A stretch of 64,000 bases of DNA from Lytechinus pictus (lineage: Eukaryota), in contig NC_087246.1 in assembly GCF_037042905.1 (NCBI RefSeq), positions 2,916,001 through 2,980,000 on the forward strand. Direction: 5' to 3'. The notes beneath the pieces were generated by a model that was not told where the DNA came from, did no database searches, and saw only the letters and a list, made by a program, of their open reading frames with translations. Positions within the stretch are counted from its first letter, which is position 1. Each line of letters starts with the position of its first letter. The position numbers and the translations under genes are program-made. Shown here piece after piece: positions 41,401 through 51,500 of this stretch.

Positions 41401-41851
41401 ACCATGTTTGCAATAACTGTGAAATGGATATTGATAAAACAGAATAAATAGGGAGAGCATGGATATTTGTTGTAACTTCACCACGGTTCTCGCAATGGCT
41501 TGAAAGTAAAGTTATGCCCTGTAATGTGTTTTTATTTATAGACAGGCCTTAGAACAGGCACTATGTTATATGCTGGATTCAAGCTATTTCTGTTGAATAT
41601 AGTCATTTGATATGTCTCTTCCCTTTCTCTTCTCTCTATCATACCAGGTTATTGTGATTAAAAAGGGTAAGATTGCAGAGAGGGGTACCCATGATGAACT
41701 TCTCAATAAGGGTGGTGTCTACAAGAAACTGGTACTTAGGCAGCTCAGTACAGGAGGACAAGGAGGAGGGGTTGGTATGGTCTCTACTGAGAAGAATGGC
41801 AACCTGGAAGATGAAGACCTAGATGATGTTGATGAGATGGAAGAGGATTAA
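2317..41851 (+). CDS. ABC transporter subfamily B half-transporter (TAPL/ABCB9/ABCB10-like), 14 coding exons, ~798 aa
   Basis: Exons joined at GT-AG with consistent phases: 2317-2422, 5121-5365, 7977-8225, 8471-8588, 12199-12434, 12909-13044, 15113-15336, 16214-16307, 28143-28372, 32439-32565, 37935-38068, 38505-38675, 40601-40723, 41648-41851 (2397 nt). Motifs: [30 protein letters not shown], Walker [11 protein letters not shown]-loop SQEP, signature LSGGQ, Walker B LLLDE, D-loop SALD, H-loop AHRLST. Confidence 0.95.
2467..3478. mobile_element. MITE with Harbinger-like ends containing a SINE
   Basis: TIR GGGCGGTATTCTGAG / CTCAGAATACCACCC; internal TTTTATCT / AGATAAAA subrepeats. Confidence 0.75.
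2721..2935 (+). mobile_element. tRNA-derived SINE
   Basis: A box TGGCCGAGTGG (2731), B box GGTTCAATCC (~2778), unique body, A-rich tail. Confidence 0.8.
3481..3635. mobile_element. Palindromic Harbinger-type MITE
   Basis: CTG|GGGCCTGTTGCATAAAACTTTTTACCTGAGAAAAC ... GTTTTCTCAGGTAAAAAGTTTTATGCAACGGGCCC|CTG. Confidence 0.85.
3647..4211. mobile_element. TTAA-TSD MITE (Kolobok-like)
   Basis: TTAA|AGGGGAATCCAAC ... GTTGGATTCCCCT|TTAA. Confidence 0.85.
5121..5365 (+). CDS. ABCB half-transporter coding exon 2 (TMD0)
   Basis: tacag|GT GGT CAT...TTK|gtaat; hydrophobic helices; phase 1 to 0. Confidence 0.85.
5895..7809. mobile_element. Non-autonomous hAT-like element
   Basis: TIR CAAGGCTCGACATTA / TAATGTGGAGCTTTG; TATAAAC on both flanks; subterminal GGTGGCCCG / GGGCCACC repeats. 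Confidence 0.8.
7977..8225 (+). CDS. ABCB half-transporter coding exon 3
   Basis: atag|GGLVLNAIL...[12 protein letters not shown]|gtaagt. Confidence 0.88.
8471..8588 (+). CDS. ABCB half-transporter coding exon 4 (TM1)
   Basis: tttag|[39 protein letters not shown]|gtgagt; absent from the ORF track. Confidence 0.9.
9264..11052. mobile_element. Non-autonomous hAT-like element, 8-bp TSD
   Basis: ATTTAAAC|TAAGCCTGAGTC ... GACTCAGGCTTA|ATTTAAAC. Confidence 0.88.
11060..11640. mobile_element. MITE with ~50-bp TIRs, 8-bp TSD
   Basis: AATTTAAA|CCCG(G)nCCACTTACATTGACGAGTGGATACCATGCGCGACCA ... TGGTCGCGCATGGTATCCACTCGTCAATGGAAGTGG(C)nGGG|AATTTAAA. Confidence 0.9.
12199..12434 (+). CDS. ABCB half-transporter coding exon 5
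   Basis: [42 protein letters not shown]|gtgag. Confidence 0.95.
12571..12815 (+). mobile_element. tRNA-derived SINE (possibly MetaSINE-like core)
   Basis: A box TGGCTCAGTTGG, B box GGTTCAAACC, followed by a non-tRNA body (TTGCTGCTACCCTGTTTGGCG); core assignment is from memory only. Confidence 0.8.
12909..13044 (+). CDS. ABCB half-transporter coding exon 6
   Basis: cag|VNISMLVR...[12 protein letters not shown]|gtaagt. Confidence 0.93.
13144..13902. mobile_element. MITE with 4-bp TSD (Sola-like)
   Basis: ATCA|GGGCAGTTCCA ... TGGAATTGCCC|ATCA; internal GGTTACGGAGTGAC repeats. Confidence 0.7.
15113..15336 (+). CDS. ABCB half-transporter coding exon 7
   Basis: [24 protein letters not shown]; cag acceptor and gtag donor. 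Confidence 0.95.
16214..16307 (+). CDS. ABCB half-transporter coding exon 8
   Basis: ccag|[31 protein letters not shown]|gttagt. Confidence 0.92.
17142..17737. mobile_element. piggyBac-like MITE nested in the 9.7-kb element
   Basis: TTAA|CCCTAAAAGGACTGGG ... CCCAGTCCTTTAAGGG|TTAA. Confidence 0.88.
22185..22811 (+). pseudogene. Intronless acidic/coiled-coil plus BEN-domain-like gene with one in-frame TAA (22689-22691)
   Basis: The 168-aa ORF continues in frame past TAA as [29 protein letters not shown] then poly-S to TGA at 22809-22811. The [16 protein letters not shown]...G and AVNGKCR.VR patterns look BEN-like (by eye). TATAAA ~22023, AATAAA ~22902. Confidence 0.7.
26643..27093. mobile_element. 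hAT-like MITE with TCAGGGAA subrepeats
   Basis: CAGGGTTTCCAGC ... GCTGGAACCCTG; many TCAGGGAA motifs; 53-bp tandem duplication of the left end; no TSD seen. Confidence 0.75.
28143..28372 (+). CDS. ABCB half-transporter coding exon 9
   Basis: FMLYTLNV...[17 protein letters not shown]...VSFTYPSRP|gttag. Confidence 0.95.
28512..32050 (-). mobile_element. L2/Crack (CR1-group) LINE with near-complete but frameshifted ORF2
   Basis: APE endonuclease ([29 protein letters not shown]) and RT ([31 protein letters not shown]); 3' AATAAA plus (GAACT)n tail near 28512-28530. Confidence 0.92.
32439..32565 (+). CDS. ABCB half-transporter coding exon 10 (Walker A)
   Basis: [38 protein letters not shown]|gtaag. 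Confidence 0.96.
33765..37006 (-). pseudogene. hAT transposase, disrupted by frameshifts and stops, with one intron 36224-35694
   Basis: Zn finger CQLC...[25 protein letters not shown]; spliced [10 protein letters not shown] (CxxH); TRWLS...LLEQW; C-terminal dimerisation [11 protein letters not shown]. Confidence 0.9.
34690..35170. repeat. ~257-bp tandem duplication inside the hAT transposase
   Basis: GAAGCTGAGAGGGGTGTTTTGGCAGCAGAGGCTTTGACACTACCCGC occurs at 34692 and 34949. Confidence 0.9.
37935..38068 (+). CDS. ABCB half-transporter coding exon 11 (Q-loop)
   Basis: [22 protein letters not shown]|gtaag. Confidence 0.96.
38505..38675 (+). CDS. ABCB half-transporter coding exon 12 (signature, Walker B)
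   Basis: ANAHDF...[22 protein letters not shown]...LLLDE|gtgag. Confidence 0.96.
39060..39680. mobile_element. Tc1/mariner-like MITE
   Basis: TA-flanked long TIRs: TGTGAGTAAAAAAAAAACTTGACACCTC ... GAGGTGTCAATTTTTGTTTACTCACA, with inner inverted similarity (TTGGATAATCAGGAGGTATTCTT / AAGAATACCTCCTGATTATCCAA). Confidence 0.8.
40601..40723 (+). CDS. ABCB half-transporter coding exon 13 (D-loop, H-loop)
   Basis: ctag|[41 protein letters not shown]|gtgagt. Confidence 0.96.
41648..41851 (+). CDS. ABCB half-transporter last coding exon
   Basis: cag|[32 protein letters not shown], then an acidic tail and TAA. Confidence 0.95.
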   Translation, partial: VIVIKKGKIAERGTHDELLNKGGVYKKLVLRQLSTGGQGGGVGMVSTEKNGNLEDEDLDDVDEMEED

Positions 41852-44800
41852 GTTGCCTGGATTGATCTTTTATCAGGAGAATAGACCAGTGATGGAAATT
41901 GAAATTGAAAATGGAATATCAAATTGAAATTTAAATGCAGATAGAATAAACTGTTGGAGAGTGGACCAATGAATTTGAAAATTATATTTTGAAATTTAAT
42001 TGCAGTTATAATTAACATTAGAGGTATAATTATGAGTTCATCAAACATTGATTTAATTGTATATTTGAAATTTTAAAACTAAAATGAAATGAAAATGCAA
42101 TTCAATAGAGATGTATGAAGGTTATAAACTGAGTCAATAGATCAAAAACATAATTTGATATTACATTCATTTAATTTGGTATTCAAATTTTGTAGATGGA
42201 TACAAGTTTAAAAAAACACTCTAGACAAATTTTCATTTTTTACCCTGATGTTGAATTTCTAACTTATAAAATTCATTCAAGATATGAAATTTTGCTTAAC
42301 ATGTTAATGATAAAGATCCTAGATATTGCACTCAAGAGATGTAATCAAAATGTACCTTCAACATTTAAAATGGAAATAGAAACTCAGTATTTGATGACAT
42401 GATTTGGACCATATGTGATGTTATCATGCAGTGGGAAGTTAGTATAGTACAGTTATCTTATTGGTACATAATTATGTTGATTCACCTCAAGAAAATATAA
42501 GATTTATATTATTGAAACATACTGAAGATGATAGAGAGTCAAACAAATGAGTGATTTGAATTTGAAATTTAAAGCACTGACCTTTTAGTGGATTTAGAAA
42601 TAATTTGGCTGCCATTGAGATATTATTATTCCATGTTCCAAGGTGAAGAATCATCAGTTTATTTTCAGCAAATGACCTGAAATAGGTTGCTGTTTGTATA
42701 ATAGTCATGCACAGACAAGAAGTTCTACTGAGGAAATTCTGTGTTAAAAATGTTGAAATTATATATGTTGAGATGAAAACAAATCAGATATTGCCATGAA
42801 TGATGAATATAGATTTATGGAATTTATTTGTTATTGAAATACGATCATATATAGCATAAGCAGGGACTATTTTCAACCAATCACTGATTCTTTTGCCTTC
42901 AATGGATTTGTGCAATAATTTTACCTATTCAGTGTATGGGAAAGAGGAGATTATCTTGCTGCTGAATGTTAATTTACATAATTGTTATCCTGGCATTGCA
43001 AGTGCAGGGTGAGACCCTAATTTGCATTTTATCAGCAACCCTTGTATTTGGAATTCCCAATTAATTTCTACACCAGATCAAACATGAGTCTAATCAAAGT
43101 CAAAATCTTGTTTATCTTATTGCATTGCTATGGTGGCCTTTCATGTTCTGAAACTTTCCAGAATGTGAAAGAAATGTTAGATTACGATTGGGGTGAATCT
43201 CAACATTTTATGGTTTTTTTCAAACCAGACTTTCCCAATACAGCTCTCTATTATTTGTTGATACAACTGTATCCCAAATGCAACATACATATAGATATTC
43301 ATGAGTCTCCATTCTCTATATAGTGGCAGTCATCACTGGGCCAGTCTTATATTTCGAGAGAATATTTTAGATTTGTACAGGCATTTACAAACCATATTGT
43401 ACTCAGCGAAAATTTTAAAATGCATGACATCATGGAACAAATTGATATTTTGTTTATTGGCCCAAATCAGTATTATAATGATTTGTTTGGCATTATACAC
43501 ATGATTTTTCATTTGTTTGGGCCACTTCTGTTTATATGTAATATCATGAATAACATGTCTAAATCATTTCAGGCCAAAATTGGTAATTTCTGCATATACT
43601 GTCCTTTTGATGTTTATTAGTTTTCATCTTTCTTGCTCTTATTGTAAACATATATGAAGATGGATCTGTGTTCATATCTGTATCTTATTGAGAGTCATGT
43701 TATAGAAATGAATGTTGGTTTTAATATTCATTCATTTGTATTGGACCTTTCAGTACTGATGTAAGTATGGCTAATGATGTTAGCAATATCCTTGCCTTTT
43801 TAGACATGATATTGTAAATAATAGATTTTTGTTTTACTTTTTAATACCAAATAGTGCAAATGATGACACAGATAAATATACATTGTACGTATATAAATGA
43901 AACAGCCGTCTTTCTTTGTGATAGAATTTTATAGATCATGTTCTGGTCTGGGGCTTTAGGATACTTTAGAAGATTCTTTGTAAATAAATACATGTATGAA
44001 GTGCCAAGTGGGGTTCTCATTTCATTTATTAGATTTATATTGAGAAGGGGGTTATATCATTGAATGTCTGTTGAATATAGTTTTACTGATATAGACACAA
44101 TTTTAAACAAAGAAAATTTCTAAATTTTGGTATTGATGAGAAATACTATCAAATATCTTGTAACATAAAATACTTTTGATTTGGCATTTCATATTTTTAA
44201 ATGTTCATATAAAAATTTATTTGGTAATGATAATGATAATTTATAGAGTGCATATATTTAGAAATAATGTATTCTGAAGTGCACTACTATGAAGAGTAAT
44301 AATAATAATAATAATGTGAAAGCTCATGAAGTCAGTTTGTTTAGGTCTTGTATTTATGTTAATTGTTAGGTGTTTGAATAGATTTTAAAAAAATATATAC
44401 ATCCTTGCTTTTTAAAGCTTTTCTGTCATCCTTTTGATGACTATTGTAGTAAGAATGCTAGAACCTAAGACTAACTGCAATAACATTTATCACCTTCTAA
44501 ACACACACAGTGTGTTAAATGTGATATGTTATGTCTATTTTTATTCCTACCCCCATCCTTTGTTTATTTATCTGTTGTATCTGTGAAAAATAGTAGATCG
44601 TGGCCCTGTCTCACAAAAGGTCGTGACAATAAATATCTTAGTTTAGTTCAGTTTACTCCAACGATGTTGTAGGACTAAGCCTGTTCATATCTTCTGCAAT
44701 CAATTGTGCTCATTAATAGAAGATGTAGAGTTATGACATTGACCGTGTTCTAGTCGACGTCCGTAGGTGAGATTAATTGGATCAATTACTTACTCTTTGT

Positions 44801-45810
44801 AGGAGACTCAAATCATGTATTAATAGTTTTACAACATGCTTCTTATAATTAATTTTCTCTACTTTCTACCAAACAAATGTTGATACTTCACTTCTCAACC
44901 TGTCAGCCATGAAAAATCATCAGTTACCTAATGCATTTTTTTCTAGTAGTTTTCACATTTTTCCTTGACCAGTACTTGTGTTATTCCTCAATTTATTTAG
45001 CCTGATGATGAGTGATGTCATTATTAAGATTTTTTATAACTCTTTTAATTATCTTGTATAAGTATTTGGTATATATTGTGACATGTACATGTATTCACTT
45101 GATGAACATTTCAGTGCTATGGGTTTTTATATTTTACAATTCATCAAACATGAATGTACATGTATGTGGAAAAACATGTTGACTTTTGTAACTTTTATCA
45201 ATCACACTTTTGTTAAACCCTTGTCACCTATGACCTACAGTGGTGCTGAAAAAGGTTAGTGACCCCCAACAGAGAATGTAAAGTGTTCAAGATCTGCCAT
45301 GTTTAGATATTTAATTATAAAGTCTGATGAAAAAATGTTACATTCAATAAAGTGTTGCCCTGGGTCAGCATTGTACTGTTGTTGTTGTCTACATTCAACA
45401 CTCAGTATGAAGGAGTGCATTTTGTGGTGGGGTTCACTAACTTTTGAGTATTTCACTTTTGAAGTTCATAACATGTGCAAGGGGTGATTTATCAACTAAA
45501 TTTGATTTTGAATTGATATCAAGATAGGTGGAAAATTTTCAGGATTAATCAAAACTTTGGTTTGAATTTTTGGAGTAGAATTGAATATGATACATTAAGT
45601 GAGCAATACTGATGATTGAATATACATATTCCATGGGTTCTGTTATTATCAAGAAATGATTTCTGATGAATATCCTCTGTATTGTTTGGTGTACCAAGTG
45701 CAACGTATTAAAACCATTTCCAGGACTATTATTAAAAAATATATCACTGAAATGGTTTACACAACACATCATGTATCGTAGACCACTTCCATGATTGTCG
45801 ATAGCACCAT

Positions 45811-46025
45811 CAGAGCTGCCAACCAGATCAAGAACATTTCAGTGTTTTTAAGGCGGAAAATCATTTTTTTTTTTTGGTAAGAAAATCAGAATTTTCACAG
45901 AAATACCATAGGACAACACATAAACTGAAACTTTAGAAATCAGTAATTTGCGGGAAACTACCAGTATTTTTTTCTCATTTCTTTCAGTAATAATTACTGG
46001 AAACCAGTACTACTTGGCAGCTATG
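45811..46025. mobile_element. Short hAT-like MITE
   Basis: CACCAT|CAGAGCTGCCAA ... TTGGCAGCTATG|CAACAT. Confidence 0.65.
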
Positions 46026-46312
46026 CAACATGCAAGCCTTCAAACATCATCTGATTAAATAAAATGATAATTTGTCAATGTAGCCTTTTGCTCATTTTAT
46101 TTGTATATTGTATACATCTAAATGTTATTGCTGATAAAACCTGGTGTGTCAGATTGCTAGCCTATAGATTAAGATACCATCAATCTTGTAATTGATCACA
46201 ATGGTATTGTTTATTTTGCAGGACCATGGTGAATTCTTTTTTCTTAAAAAAAAAATTAGACTAAATAATTTTATATTTGTAATCTATTTTTCTGACTTTA
46301 ATAAGTGTATGT

Positions 46313-46456
46313 CAGGGGCCGCGGAACGGTTTTCAAAGTGGGGGGGCTGACCATGCTAAAAATCACAATCATATGGTCATTTTTACGTTTTTGTACACGG
46401 TTTTGGAAAAAAGTGGGGGGGCTGAACCCCCCCCCCCCCCGGTTCCGCGGCCCCTG
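46313..46456. mobile_element. Short MITE with 5-bp TSD
   Basis: TATGT|CAGGGGCCGCGGAAC ... GTTCCGCGGCCCCTG|TATGT. Confidence 0.88.
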
Positions 46457-47315
46457 TATGTGTTGTAGTTTAATCCCATTTCATGGCGCTATTTATGAAT
46501 TATATAATAATTTTTGTTAATGTTCTATTTCAATAGTATAATGGGTTGGAAATACTGCATATAGTGCAGACTTAATTTGTTTTAACTTCAAACATCTATC
46601 TGCCAAAATTGAAGCACATCATTCTCTCATTAACAATTTAATAACAAGGTAGACATGTACAAACTGCCACTCTACCTTTTTCAATCATCATTAATCTACA
46701 AAGTAATAATTCATAAAACTGAATCTTGAAACAAGATGATGATTAATATTTTTGTGTGTGATATTAGTCTAGATTGTAGAAAACTTTGATAGTTTTCATA
46801 ATTTCTCTACACTATTGCACAATCTCACTAACTCTTTGCAAGTTGTAGAGTGCACTATTCTTGAATTACTGCCGCTCATTTTAAGAGGTTGTTTGATGAT
46901 GTCATCTTGGATAGCTGGCAGGGAATAGACTAGTATGATGTATGTAAACATTCCTAGTTGATCTGTGTCCTGTTACATAAAGATTGTTCATACAGTTGAG
47001 TTTGATGATCGATTGCATTGGTTATCATGTGATATCAATCATAAAAATAAACAATACAATCAATTACAAAGCTTTGTGTTACAGGTCCTAGATATCCTGT
47101 ATTTCATCTGTTTGTTTGACTATCAGCACTACCAAAAACTTGTATTCTATCTTACTGCTTTGAAATTCAATAGACAGATTTTCATCTCTTTATCAATACC
47201 AAATTATTAATTTTTTGTGTATTCTTTTATGCTACAGCTTTAGAATTCAGTTACTTTGAAATCTTGGAACATTTGGTTGGTGGTTAAGAATAATAGCATG
47301 CTCATTAAATACAAG

Positions 47316-48519
47316 GGCCCGTATTCTGAACTGGGGTTTAAATTAAAACCTGGTTTAAAGTTGTGGTTTAACCATGGAGAGCCAATTGGAGCACAAATCC
47401 CTAACAGTAGAGGAAGGCAGGGTAAGTTGAGCATAGGGGCAAGTTGAGCCACCACCCCCAGGCCAATAATGAATGAGTCAGACATTGTTGTGGTGTCATG
47501 TATTGATGACCCATTACATAACCCTTAACCCCACCACATTGTGTTTAACTTTGAAACAAAAACTACTTTTTTAGAGGGAAAATACAAATTTCAGCCAAAA
47601 AAGTATGAAATAGATCATTGCTTTTTATCCACACACATCTTTAAATATAATAAAGAAATAAGAACAATATTGCTAGACATGGTATGGATTCTCATTTCTG
47701 TCATAGTCTTTTACATTATGGATGCATAAGAATGTATAGAATTGAAAATGTCACATTAAGTTCGAAATGGGGTAATTTGAGCCAGCCAACATGGGGCAAG
47801 TTGAGCCATGGTAATTCTTATGGTAATGTATAGTAAAAAAAAAAATTAAAAAACTTTAAAAGCCATTATGCAGGTAGAAAGGAGCAAATTCACACGACAG
47901 TTCTTTTACTTTTAGACTTTTAGAGGATGTTAGTATTTATAGAGAATTAGCAAGTGAAAAGACTGAATAAAAAATTGACATGCTTGTTCTTCCCGCATAC
48001 ATTTTGTACATAGTTTTTGTGGCTCAACTTACCCCAGAAGGTGGCACAACCTACTCTGCAGATGAGGCAAGTTGAGCCATTTGACATCGTTTTTTCAAAG
48101 GTCACAATGACTTTCAGTGTGGGGTAGAAAGTTATATGTAGGTGGAAAATATATTTCCCAAAAATTAAATTTAAAGGCAAGGTACTTATTTCTACAAGAT
48201 TATTAGTCATATCAATTCTAACATGCAAAATGCAAAAAGTGTCACAACTTACCCCGCCTTCCCCTACACATTCAATTTATTAACTCATATGACACCCAAA
48301 TTGTTCATAATTGTCTGGGAATGATAACTGAAGTATTTTTTCTTCATTATGAAAGCAAAAGGAAACAAAATAGTGAACATTAGAAATATACAATATAAAC
48401 AGAATTTTTGAACTTTTGGCTCCCCATAATTTTAGCACAGAGTTAGACCATGGAGCTATGTTTAATAGCTCCATGGTAAGACTGTGGTCTAAGTTAAACC
48501 TGACTTCAGAATACAGGCC
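47316..48519. mobile_element. Harbinger-like MITE with a nested TA-TSD element (47410-48264)
   Basis: Outer: AAG|GGCCCGTATTCTGAA ... TTCAGAATACAGGCC|AAG. Inner: TA|GAGGAAGGCAGGGTAAGTTG ... CAACTTACCCCGCCTTCCCC|TA, with GGCAAGTTGAGCCA subrepeats. Confidence 0.8.
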
Positions 48520-51500
48520 AAGGTGTTTAAGGACACATTACTGTAGGGACTCTCCCTCCGAACCCTAATTTAACTGGGCTATTTCAGACCAGGTTTATTC
48601 TGGGGTCAATTTGACCCTCCCCCTTCAAATCTTGGCGGCTTATTGCCACAAAAAAATTGCACGCGCTTAGAGTCGAATGTAAACTACAAGACTGTCTAAT
48701 AAAATTTAAAAAAAAATTATTGCTCATATTTTTTTGTTTGCTGGGTGAAAGGTTATTTTCAATGTCACACACACACACACTTCATCTTACTAAATACATT
48801 AGACACATAGTCACAAGATGTTTATTTAGTGTTATTGATGATGATATATGGAACATACATAGACCAATAATTCCTATATTTATATTGATAAATATTTCTT
48901 TGAGTTTTTCCATGATTGATGTATATTTTTATCTTCAAAAGAAACTAAATAATTTTAAAAATATATTCTGTTATACATTTCATGATTTGTTTTAATTTCA
49001 TGATGAATATTGTTATTAAAATTTCATTTGTATATGAAGTTGTCAAAAACCTCAATGTTGATTTTTTTTCTTCATTTCTATGAATGATTTTCAAAAGGAA
49101 TATTACTGTTTGGAATGTAAAGAATTACTTCTGATAGCCGAATCAGATAGAACTATTTTTTTTTTTTACTTGATGGTAATTATTGTGTACTAAAATCGTA
49201 AATAAAGGATTTATTAGACATTTATTCTGATCTGCATTTTCGTGTCTTTGTCTTGCTGTATTTCTTCTTTTATCTCATGTTCTGATAATGTCTTCATGGA
49301 GAAACTGCATCAGCAATATATATATATAATCATGTGTCTAGGCAATGTAAACCAATAAGTTATTGATATATTTTAGTTTGATCCTTTTTTTTCTGGTCAA
49401 CATGACACACTTGCCTTTGATTTTTCACCAATTGGAAATTTCATTTGACACTTTTCATAGATTTTATGATAAAGATACTCTCTATTGAGTCAGACTATTT
49501 GTTGAAGCAAAACATAAATGAAATTCCTAAAATTTCAGATAATAAAAATAAAAAATAGAGCATGCCTTCATTGGCTGAACAGGAAAAAACTCTCTAAACA
49601 TTCCTCTAATTTGTTATTTTACATAAGATTTTGCTGAAGTTTTCATGTTATGCTTGTTTGATTTGTCCTGTTTATTCAAATAATTTTGATGTAGGAGTGG
49701 ACATAGCCATTATGAAATAATCTGAAATTTAGAAGATGGAGATGCAGATGACAGATATCATGAAATGATGTTAACGGAAAGAATGGTTCTTGTAGTAAAG
49801 CTGAGGTTAATGAGAAGTTTGTGCAAGACATTTCATAACAAAATAAATGGAGGGCATTAGCGCGCATTTCATGGTCATGCGAGCAGGTCGGGTGGCTTTC
49901 TGAACATAATTTTTGTCATTCAGAGTGAACTGAAAATTAGGTCTGAAAAGGGGGGTCATCAAAGCAGCACGTCCCTATACCACCAATGTATGTGAGAGCC
50001 CCCCACGGGGCAGTTAAGCACTATAGTTTACCTGGGTTTTCAATGCTTGTTCTACAGATTAATCCACATTCTTCTTTGCACTATTGGATTCATCGTTCAG
50101 TTACGGTACATGCCACTTAGAAAAAGATGTTGACCTGCAATTAGACCTTTCATGAAAATAAATTTTGGAGATGCATGTATTGTAACATATATTCATCCTC
50201 GGGGGAAATGCCGACTGTTGAGTGAATCAAATCTATTTTCTTTTCATCATAACTAGCAAAGTTAGTTGTCTCAGATGGTTATGTGCTCTACATGGCAGGT
50301 ACCTGACTACATGTATAATAATAAATGAGAAAATCATGCATTAGCTTGTAATGTTGCAGCAGGTAGGATATGCAACTATCTCACCCTTTAGAGGCAAACA
50401 TTTCTCTATTTTTTGCAGAAGAAACAACTACACAGATTTATCATCATCAAAATTATTAATACCTCATTATCTAAATTCCGGTCAAACAGTTGGAAGATGA
50501 GCTTGAAAAGAGACCAAATCATACAACATTAACACTTCTCTCTCATTCTTAATAAGTTCTTTTATTCATAGTTACAAAAATCTTGATAGTTTGTATATAT
50601 GTATACAGTACTTTCTATAATTTAATGCTAACACATGAGCTAAAACTTTATACATATTCAATCTATGATTCTTACCAAGGTATTGGAGAAAAGAACTCAA
50701 CTTTGTTCCTCTGAACTCAGTAATTGTCTTTTTTATATGAAAGAGCCAAGTTGATATATTAATATCAAAAATTAAAATAACAAAGATAAGCTAATTTGTA
50801 TACATAAATGTCTTTCTGTGGCCTGAAAGTTGGTGGAGCCAGAACGTAACATTACTTTTCTAGATAGTCACACATGTATCCCTGAAAATTGTTTCATAGA
50901 TTGACTCGTCAATATCCAATTTCAAACCATAGTATAAATCCTCTAAAGGATCATGAAACACTCTCAATTTATTATGCTTTATTTAGAAGTGACTTCCTTT
51001 TGAAACATTGGCCGAAATTCTTAAAGGTGGTTTTGAATATACTTGCTGAAGCGTAATTAAAGATGAAATCTGGATAAATCGCAATGTCAAACCACAGGTT
51101 CAAACACCATCTTCGTGAATTCTTATGATATGATTGTTGATGGAAAACTTGAATGGACTACGGTATTAATGTTACATGTATTTTTTAGAAAATGCATCCA
51201 ATTTAATTGACACACCCCTTGATCTAAAAACCACTTGGTCTACAGAGATCTTAATGACATATGGTCAAACTCAAAGTGGTATCAATTCATTTTGTAAGCA
51301 ACAAATTCATCTAATATCCTGTTTTTTAATCCTTTCTTTTTTCTATTTTACTTCAATTCAATCATTTTTTTTTTCTGAGGGGGGGGGGATGACATAGCAA
51401 TTACCCAAAATAGTACTCTATATTAATGATAATTCGCCCAAGTGGTTGTTAGTCTATTATACCTAATGAAAATTAGATCATGTGACAATTAAAAAAATTT

